Assembly (NCBI GenBank): GCA_951406725.2
Contig: OX597829.1
Location: 16,306,001-16,370,000, forward strand
Direction: 5' to 3'
Source of the DNA: Octopus vulgaris
Lineage: Eukaryota
Length of the DNA stretch: 64,000 bases
Shown here in pieces: positions 53,801-64,000 of the stretch (its first letter is position 1; every line of letters begins with the position of its first letter). A program made the position numbers and the translations under genes. Below the pieces are notes generated by a model. It was not told the DNA's origin. It did no database searches and saw only the letters and a program-made list of their open reading frames with translations.

Positions 53801-54092
53801 ACTACCACCTTAACATTGTCCGTTGGTTATTAGTTTAGGAAAAGTTGTTCTCACGTCGGGTTGACTCCATGGTTGCTTGCTGAAGATGACGATGTCGGCG
53901 ACGGTAGTTGTTGATAGCAGTGTGTTTGTGTGTTTGTTCAACAGTTGTGTGGTGATATACAAAGACAGATGGAACTTCAATGATGGTTGGTAGTAAAGTT
54001 TATTCACAGCAGTGTAGGTTAAGTATAAATGTTAATATTTTATAAAGTTCTTCATACAGGTGAGTAGTATTCGTGTGAGATGTCTATAATGT

Positions 54093-54507
54093 TGTAGCAG
54101 TGAATGAATAAATGTTTGAAGACATTAGTTGTGCTTTGTGTACGCAGAAAGAGACTTGATAGAAGGAGTTTCTAGTAAACATAAGATGATGGCTTTGAGT
54201 TTGGTCAATCCCGCTAGCCCTGTTGAAGAAGGGTTGCTCTTGTGTGTGTGAGATGCTAGCATTAATGCGATACAACCAAACAGCAAGCTTCAGAAGTGAA
54301 GCAAAGGAGCTCAAGGAACCCAATTAAACATGGCGGTGGCTACATTATATAATTGACAACCAGACATAGCAGAGGGCGCTGTTAGAGGAGACCTGTTTAT
54401 TCGGCCAATCACAGACCAAATAAAGCTGTAAACTAACAGTATTGTTTGAGCCTACCCTGTGATCAAAAATGTGTGTTTTAAACCAATGCTAGTACAGACA
54501 TGCTACA
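54093..54507 (+). mobile_element. LTR-like unit 1 (TGTAGCA...TGCTACA)
   Basis: 7-bp terminal IR with TATA-like, CCAAT and AATAAA motifs. The last 220 bp repeat at 55453-55671. Confidence 0.45.
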
Positions 54508-54532
54508 GAGCTACCCACAGAGAATAAACCAG

Positions 54533-54946
54533 GGATCTTTTCGGTTTGAACGGCAGTTTTTTTCTAGCGGTGCCATATGAAATTGTCACCCATAATTATG
54601 ACCCTAGTATCGATCTATTGCATTTCAATCTGTTTTAGGGTTAGGGTTAGGGTTAGAGGTGGGGGAAGGGTATCTTTTTTTCTTCAGAAATGTAAATAAT
54701 CCCAATCTGTTTCTTAAACGAGGGACATATTCATACGGGACAGAATGTTTTCACCTCCAATAGACATCATTGAATGGTTGAAATTGAAGAAAAAAACAAC
54801 AAATATCTTACAAACTATAGAATTTTCTCAATAAAGCCAAGAGAAAAAGATGTTTTATAAACACATTCTACCAGTATACGAAGTTTAAAAGTGTTTAGTT
54901 ACGTGGAAATTATTTAAAAAAACTGCCATTCAAACCGAAAAGATCC
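54533..54946. mobile_element. 414-bp MITE with ~30-bp TIR, 8-bp TSD and internal (TTAGGG)3
   Basis: ggatcttttcggtttgaacggcagtttttt / aaaaaactgccattcaaaccgaaaagatcc, with flanks taaaccag / taaatcag. Confidence 0.9.
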
Positions 54947-54985
54947 TAAATCAGAAGGTGAAATGAACGATACAAATGAAAGAAG

Positions 54986-55671
54986 TGTAGCATGGATGGA
55001 ATGGTAAAGAAATGGGTGTGAGAGCACTGTGCTTCATGTGAGTAATGCACAAGAGCACAAAAGAACTTGCATAACACTGCCTGACTTCTGAATAGGTCTT
55101 ACGAAAGTCTAAAGCTCCAAGACAAAAAAATGGACAAAGTCACGTAACCAGCAAAACTTGATGTCCAAGCATGATGAACCTATGTCTAGCAAAGTGGAAA
55201 TCACAGGGTGCAAAAAATTCAAGGTACATGAGAGAAGAATATTGGCTGCTGTGAGAATGAGTAGCGCCAAGTATTTGACAGCAAAATCAGTGAGTTGCTT
55301 GCAGTGGCAAAGGCTGTCGGCGCTAGAAAAGCAATGGTGACTAATAGAAGCTGAGCAAAATTCTCACAGAAGAGGGAATGCAAAATATTAGCGAAGCGAG
55401 TCAAGCCATAAAGATGGTAGCAAAAGAAACAAGTTCCAACACGCCGGGAGTCCTTCAGAAGCAAAGCAGAGGAACTCAAAGAACTCAATTAAACATGGCA
55501 GTGGCTACATTATATAATTGACAATCAGACATAGCCGAGAGCGCCTGTTACAGGGAGCCTGTTTAGTCACCCAATCACAGACAGAATAAAGCTATAAACT
55601 TAGTGTCGCGAAAGCCTACCCTGTGATCAAAAATGTGTGTTTTAAACCAATGCTAGTACAAACATGCTACA
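54986..55671 (+). mobile_element. LTR-like unit 2 (TGTAGCATG...CATGCTACA)
   Basis: 9-bp terminal IR preceded by purine-rich gaaagaag. Shares its 3' 220 bp with unit 1. Confidence 0.45.
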
Positions 55672-55960
55672 TCTTTTTTTTTGTTTTAAGCTTGGCATCT
55701 ATCCTATCAATCTCTTCAAAGGAATGTAAACAAACCAACACTGGTTGGTATGTAGTAGTGTGGGACAAACACACACACACACACACATGTGCATTGATAG
55801 ACAGACAGATAGATAAATAGACAGACAGAAAGACAGACAGATAGATAGATAGATAGATAGATAGACAGACAGGCAGACAGACAGACAGACACAGACAGAC
55901 AGACAGACAGATAGATATATAGATAGATAGATAGATAGACGGACAGACAGACAGACAGAC

Positions 55961-56007
<47 letters not shown>

Positions 56008-56088
56008 CAGATAGATAGACAGACAAACGGACAGACAAGCTGACAGACAGACAGACAGACAGACAGACAGATAGATAGATAGATAGAT

Positions 56089-56135
<47 letters not shown>

Positions 56136-56374
56136 TAGATAGATAGACAACAAGCTTCTTTTGGTTTCCCTCTACCAAATCCACTCACAAGGCAGGCTTT
56201 AGTCGACTTGGAACTATAGTAGATGACACAAGCCCTTGGTTCCACGTAATGGAACTGAACTTAGAGCCATGTGGCAGGGAGGGAAACTTCTTACCACACA
56301 GCTACGCCTATCCATAAATACATACATACATATGAACATATATACATACATACAAACATATATGCATATACATA

Positions 56375-56513
<139 letters not shown>

Positions 56514-56591
56514 CACACACACACATACATATATACATATATATATATATATCTATATATATATATATATATATATATATAGATATAGATA

Positions 56592-56790
56592 TATATAATA
56601 ATTTGAGAGAATATTATTCCTAACTTACAGGGAAAAATTCAATTCACAAATACTAAATCAAATTTCACAAAATATAATATATATATATATATATAATAAT
56701 TTGAGAGAATATTATTCCTAACTTACAGGGAAAAATTCAATTCACAAATACTAAATCAAATTTCACAAAATATAATATATATATATATAT
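56592..56790. repeat. Exact ~100-bp tandem duplication bounded by (TA)n
   Basis: taataatttgagagaatattattcc...tttcacaaaatataa occurs twice. Confidence 0.9.
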
Positions 56791-57063
56791 AGAAAAAAAA
56801 ACATTTTTTATCAATTCAAAATGAACAATTGAATTACACCATCTACAAAATTACATATAATAGTAATATTAAAAATAAAATAACAATAATATACCGATGA
56901 TTAGGTAAATTGCAAAATAATTATAAAAACGTACATATTTGGTAATATATATATAATATATTATCATCATCATTGTTTAGCGTCTGCTTTCCATGCTAGC
57001 ATGGGTTGGACGGTTCAACTGGGGTCTGGGAAGCCAGAAGGCTGCACCAGGCCCAGTCTGATG

Positions 57064-57109
<46 letters not shown>

Positions 57110-57111
<2 letters not shown>

Positions 57112-57490
57112 GTAATGAGAGAGAGTCCACATGTGGTCACTCTAACGCTAGATATAGATCCATGAAGGGAATCCACCACTAAAGAATTGTTCTCAAGAAT
57201 TAATTTAACGCGCCAAGAATGTAAGCAAGCAGGACTTAGCAAATTATATATTTTTTATATACTCTACTGAAGATCCGAAAATGATTATGTAAGTAAAATT
57301 ACACAATCTATTAACAGTGAAACAATTGTATAGAGTTAATCTATTTTTTCGTTATTTTTCAATTGTCCTGCTCGCTTACATTCTTGGCGCGTTAAATTAA
57401 TTCTTGAGAACAATTCTTTAGTGGTGGATTCCCTTCGTGGATCTATATCTAGCATTAGAGTGACCACATGTGGACTCTCACTCATTACTT
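57110..57490. mobile_element. Fold-back element with 126-bp inverted arms
   Basis: 57110-57235 and 57365-57490 are near-perfect reverse complements. Confidence 0.9.
57261..57336 (+). ncRNA. Type I hammerhead-like motif in the fold-back spacer
   Basis: actcta-CTGAAGA-[long stem II incl. gatt/aatc, tgtaa/ttaca]-GAAAC aatt GTA-tagagt, with palindromic ACAATTGT stem III. The base of stem II is imperfect. Confidence 0.65.
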
Positions 57491-57887
57491 ATATTAATAA
57501 TTTCTACTGTATCACAGACTTTATACGCTAGGCCACTTGGTGTTTTAAATTGATGTTATTAATTAATATTCAATTTTTTCACCCTTATTGTGATAATAAT
57601 TATATACATATATAAATATGAATGTATGTAATGTATGTATACATAAATATAAATATGAATGATTCTGTATTCAGTCACAGTGCATGGCACTTTGAGAAAC
57701 TGTCTTCTAATATAGCACTGGGTCTTGTAAGTAGATTTCATTGCAGAACTGAAAAAAGCATGTCATAGAAATGAACATTAAATGATGATAGTGTTAATGA
57801 TGATGATGTTGATGATGATGATGACGACGACGACGATGATGATAATGATGATGATGATGATGATGATGATGAAGATAATGATGATGT

Positions 57888-57921
<34 letters not shown>

Positions 57922-57926
57922 TGTGC

Positions 57927-59015
<1,089 letters not shown>

Positions 59016-59575
59016 GGATATATATAAAATACAAAATGGGACAAGAATGCAAAACATCCAAATAGCCGATACAAAAAACATGGACGGGTCATTCGAAGCC
59101 CTTAATCTTCAGTCAAGAACTGGATCATCCTAGCAATTTCAGCTATAGATATAATTTAATAAATGCAAAAGCAAATTTCTGTGTGTCAGTGCATCACACA
59201 TAGACCCATTCTCTCACTGTTCAATGATACTCCTACTACTCCTCAGGATGGAGTGAGAATAATTGTAGGCATAAAGATAGTGAAGGTGGTGGCAAAGACA
59301 GAGAGAGAGAGAAAGAAAGAGAGAGGGAGAGAAAGAGAGACAAATAAATTGAGGGAGAGTTGATGTTCTATTAAAAGTAGTAGTGTTGATGGTGGCAGTG
59401 GGAGTAATAATAAAAGAGAAAGAAAGAGTGGGTGTGTTAGAAAAGGAGGGAGATGATGTACAATTTTGTTTAACCATGTCTCTTTGATAGAAATTCCTGT
59501 CCCCAACATACTGAACACTATCATTTTTGTTTTATTTTTTGTTTTCTTCAATACATATATACATACACACACACT

Positions 59576-59609
<34 letters not shown>

Positions 59610-59830
59610 GATATTTTTTCCTATCTTGTCTGTAATAGATTTGTGACTATTCGGTGGTACAGAAGTATTTTTTGACTTCTATCATTAGTGATATAGGTAC
59701 TCATGTAGTACCCTTGTGTATATCTGTACACATCTAATATTGTATGTATATATTTTATTAATTTGCCTGTACGGCTGATAATTTGCTTACCACTTGTGAT
59801 GGTATTTTAATAATACCATCCCTATATTTT

Positions 59831-59905
<75 letters not shown>

Positions 59906-60399
59906 AATACACTCAAATTGAAATAAAGTTTCCCCAAAATTAAATATATCTTATATAATAAATGGGAATGTCAGTATGTCATACTATTTAAACTTTAATA
60001 AATCCTTTCTGCTGGAAGCACAAGGCCTCAAATTTTAGACAAAGGGATTAAATCGACCCCAGTACATAACTGTTACTAATTTTATCAACCCTGAAAGGAT
60101 GAAAGGCAAAGTCGACCTTGGTGGAATTCGAACTCAAAACGTAACAGCAGACGAAATAATGCTAAGCATTTCGCCCAGAAAGCTAACAATTCTGCCAGCT
60201 CACTGCCTTAATATAATATAATTTAATAATATAATATAATAAATGTGAATGTCAGTGTGTCACACTTTTTCAAATTTACTCCTAGAGGCCATAGAATTGA
60301 GAGCTTTCTTATACAATCACAATTGCGCTAGTCTGGTCATGTTGTCAGAATGAGAGAAGAATACCCAAAGTCCTCATGCTGGTTGCAACAAAGGTTTTA

Positions 60400-60990
60400 A
60401 TACCATTTTGACACAACAATCTCCATTTTGTTCATTCCAAGACTGTTCGTTCAATGATGTTGTGAGCTATCTTCATTTCTAAGAGGTTGCTCTTTAGCTT
60501 GCCCTTATATCTGAGCCATGGTCGACCAACATTCCTGTGCCCACTCTCAGGCTGGCTTTGGGTATTCGTTACTCATTCTGACGACATGAACAGACTAGCG
60601 CAATCATGATTGTATAAGGAAGCTCTCAATTCCACCAATCTAAGACTTACTAAACAAGACGGCATTAGAAACTTTGTCTTTTAGTGAATAACCACAGATT
60701 GTTCTCAGACAGTCCATTGTGGAAGATGTCTAGTTGGTTAATGTGTCGTCAATAGGGTATCTATGATTCTGAGCCATACAAGAGAGTAGTAAGAATGGCA
60801 GCTTTATAGACCTGTACTTTGGTGTCAAGTTTGATGCCCCTTTCATTCCATAGGTGACGACAGAATTTGCCAAATGTGTTGGTTGCCTATGCAAGGCGGT
60901 TGACGATTTCATCATCAAGGGAAGCGCTCAAATTCACTTTACTACCAAAATATATAAATGACTTCACATAATTTAGGCTTTCCCCATTAA
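60400..60990 (-). mobile_element. Decayed RTE/BovB-like LINE fragment
   Basis: FIYFGS..LDDEIVNRLA..TKVQVYKAAILTTLLYGSES..GRPWLRYK, with stops. Confidence 0.8.
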
Positions 60991-61090
60991 AACTGTAAAG
61001 GAGTGTCAGGAGAATTATCAACACTCATATATATATATGTATATATGTACCTATCTGTCCTCTGTATCTATCAGTCTATTTATCTATCTA

Positions 61091-61133
<43 letters not shown>

Positions 61134-61357
61134 CATTTAAATAATGAGGGAGATAAATTGAATATTAATTTAATTAATATCAATTTAAAACCACTAGCCT
61201 AACATATAAAAAATCTGAAAAATCAGAAAAAATTTTACACATGTATATATATATATATATATATATAATCATCATTATTTAATGTCTGCCTTCCATGCTA
61301 GCATGGCTGGGTCATATGTATTTTTATTTAATGTCTGCCTATCCATGCTAGCATGGT

Positions 61358-61567
<210 letters not shown>

Positions 61568-62001
61568 TATCATCATCATCATCATCATAACAAGCTTCTT
61601 ATACAGCCATGCTTGTGCTTCTAATTTATCCTTACCCTCTTTCCCCAAATGTGAGTAGCCACATAGCTACTTAACCAAAACCCGCTCTGCCCCAAGCACT
61701 TCACTCATATCTTGACCAACCCCTTACCCACCATCTAACATATTGATGCAGCTCCCTTCCCTGCATGTGTTTGTTGATTTGTGAACTACATAGCGACTGC
61801 ATTAGTGCCAGTGGCACAAAAAATATACCATCGTGTACACACTGGAAAATAGTTGGTGTTAGGAAGGGCGTCTAGCTATAGAAACCATGCCAAAATAGGT
61901 ACTGGATCACGATGCAAAGCTTTGATTCATTGGATCCTTGACGATCTGTCCAGCTCATGCCAGCATGAAATGTGGGAGTTGAATGATGATGACGATGACA
62001 A

Positions 62002-62047
<46 letters not shown>

Positions 62048-62048
62048 T

Positions 62049-62096
<48 letters not shown>

Positions 62097-62544
62097 GTTC
62101 ATACATGTATGTGTGAGTGTGTGTGTGCATGTGTGTATATGTGTGTGTGTGCACGTGTGTGTGTGTGTTTTTGTGTGTATATGTGTGTGTATTACCCGTC
62201 ACCACTTCATAACTCATTTTTGGTTTGTTTACAGGTCCATAACTTAGTTCAGTGGAAGCAACTGATAAAATAAAATAAGAATATGCAAGCGGCCTTTATA
62301 AAAGGCAGCAGGGATAATTTGTTCAACTAAAAGACCCTTCAGGGACGGCAGGGTGGGGAGGCAGCATTGCCAATGTACAATGACTGAAATGAAATAAAAA
62401 ATAAAAGAGAAAGAAAAAAAGAAAGAAAGATAGAAAGAAGAGAAGGAAGAAAGAGAAACAAATATTCTGGGTGTAATAGCATGCCTTTATCTTACTATGT
62501 ACTAGCATATACCTCTTGGCTCTTTGAAGCAATAATTACTGGGG

Positions 62545-62770
62545 GTGGGGGAGGTGGTCAGGTTAAATTTTATGAGTTTTTCTGTCTCCTTTTTTCAGGA
62601 ATAGCTTGATGTTTTGGTGAATAGTCAACAACATTGGAGAGGACAAAGATTACAGTTTTGTTGAGGAAAAGTTAGCTGATGTGGAGTACTGGAAACTATA
62701 TGAATACTAGGAGAGCATTACTTGTATCATAACGATTTGCACTAAGCTGTCAAAATGCCAACATTATGTC
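62545..62770 (+). mobile_element. Left end of a maT copy
   Basis: tttttcaggaatagcttgatg...gaggaaaagttagctga, as at 10725-10815. Confidence 0.7.
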
Positions 62771-62775
62771 TGCTA

Positions 62776-63151
62776 CTTCTTTGTTTGTTTGTTGAGAGAA
62801 GCGGTCTTCGTCCCAGAATGGGAGAAGTCCGAAACGTGGTCCTTTGCTATTTGTAAGACCTGTAGAAGAGAAAGCAGGTCAACCCCCGACACCGAGAGCA
62901 TCGATGGATGGATGAATGCGCATCCAGGCTCAGCGGTTGTGTAGGAAGTCGGGGACAAGAAACAGGAAGAAAGAGTGAGAGAAAGTTGGAGCGAAAGAGT
63001 ACAACAGGGGTCACCACCACCCCGTGCCGGAGCCTCATGGAGCTTTAGGTGTTTTCACTCAATAAACACACACAACGCCCGGTCTGGGAATTGAAACCAC
63101 AATCCTCCGACCGCGAGTCTGCTGCCCTAACCACTGGGCTATTGTGCCTCC
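62776..63151 (-). mobile_element. SINE family D (second tail type)
   Basis: Homologous to 44695-45058. Imperfect TSD tatgtctgctact / tatggctgctgct. Confidence 0.85.
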
Positions 63152-63194
63152 ACTATGGCTGCTGCTCAATGATCCGTGAACACAGTATTCTTTT

Positions 63195-63540
63195 ATTCTT
63201 TTATTTGTTTTTAGTCATTTGACTGCAGCCATGCTGGAGTACCACCTTTAGTCGAACAAATCAACCCCAGAACTTATTCTTTGTAAGCCTAGTACTTATT
63301 CTATTGGCCTCTTTTGCCAAACCACTAAGTTACAGGGATGTAAACACACCAACAATGGTTTCCAAGTGATGGTAGGGGAACAAATGTAGACACACAAATA
63401 CCCCCTCCACACATACACACACACACACACATATTTACAGCAGGCATCTTTCAGCTTTCATCTACCAAATCCACAGTGGTCAGCCCAAGGTTATAGTAGA
63501 AGACACTTGCCCAAGGTGCCATGCAGTGGGACTGAAACCA
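63195..63540 (-). mobile_element. SINE family A
   Basis: Reverse complement of the family A body. Confidence 0.85.
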
Positions 63541-64000
63541 AGCATTCATGTTGGTACCACATAAACACTCATGCAGTGCCCTATTAAAAGCACCCTACAC
63601 ATACTGTAAAGTGGTTAGCATTAGGAACAGCATCCAGCCATAGAAACCATGCCAAATCAGACTGGAGTCTGGTGCCGCTCTCCAGCTTCCCAGCTCTGGT
63701 CAAACCATTCAGTCCATGCCAGCATGAAAGAAAGGTGTTAAAGGATAATAATATACCTATCTGCACATAATAACATCCCTGTGAAATTCTCTCCCCACAA
63801 CCTATCTTCCTAATCACCCCATCCCTCAACCAGTTTTCACTTGCTACATCCCTCCACCTGTATCCTCCTCTCCCCTTTCAAAATTTTGTGAACTTACCTA
63901 CCCACACACCCTCTCCAATCCCCAGTCAATGCTGTATACACCTTCCCATAACATCTTTACCATCTTTCTCCCCATTTGCAGGATCCCTGTCTCTTTTCTA

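Noticed and set aside
54635-54656. Telomere or chromosome-end signature
   Set aside because: Only three TTAGGG units, internal to a MITE.
56592-56790. Exact 100-bp tandem as a functional element
   Set aside because: Identical copies bounded by (TA)n are consistent with slippage or an assembly artefact, and no motif was found.

Overview
AT-rich, extremely repeat-dense eukaryotic DNA. The SINE/LINE/microsatellite make-up suggests an octopod cephalopod, but this is an inference and no database search was run. No intact protein-coding gene is supportable. Nearly all long ORFs in the track are translations of (TA)n, (CA)n, (GATA)n or (AAT)n tracts or of a ~62-67 bp minisatellite. Recognisable content: (1) several tRNA-headed SINE families, labelled A, B, D and E here; (2) 5'-truncated RTE- and CR1-clade LINEs; (3) decayed Tc1/mariner elements of three classes (mariner, DD37D maT, and a near full-length DD41D rosa/Visitor); (4) piggyBac-type and GG-ended MITEs; (5) Helitron/Helentron derivatives. 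At ~31.6-32.4 kb there is a CpG-retaining promoter-like island with three perfect CRE palindromes and a minus-strand splice donor, followed by candidate non-coding exons to the left. The most notable signal is about 11 minimal hammerhead-ribozyme-like motifs in small, mostly (TA)n-embedded, sometimes fold-back elements resembling Penelope-like/retrozyme remnants. Several have systematic core variants (CUGUNGA, a G3-C8 swap, CCGAUGA). Repeat boundaries were read by eye and are approximate.
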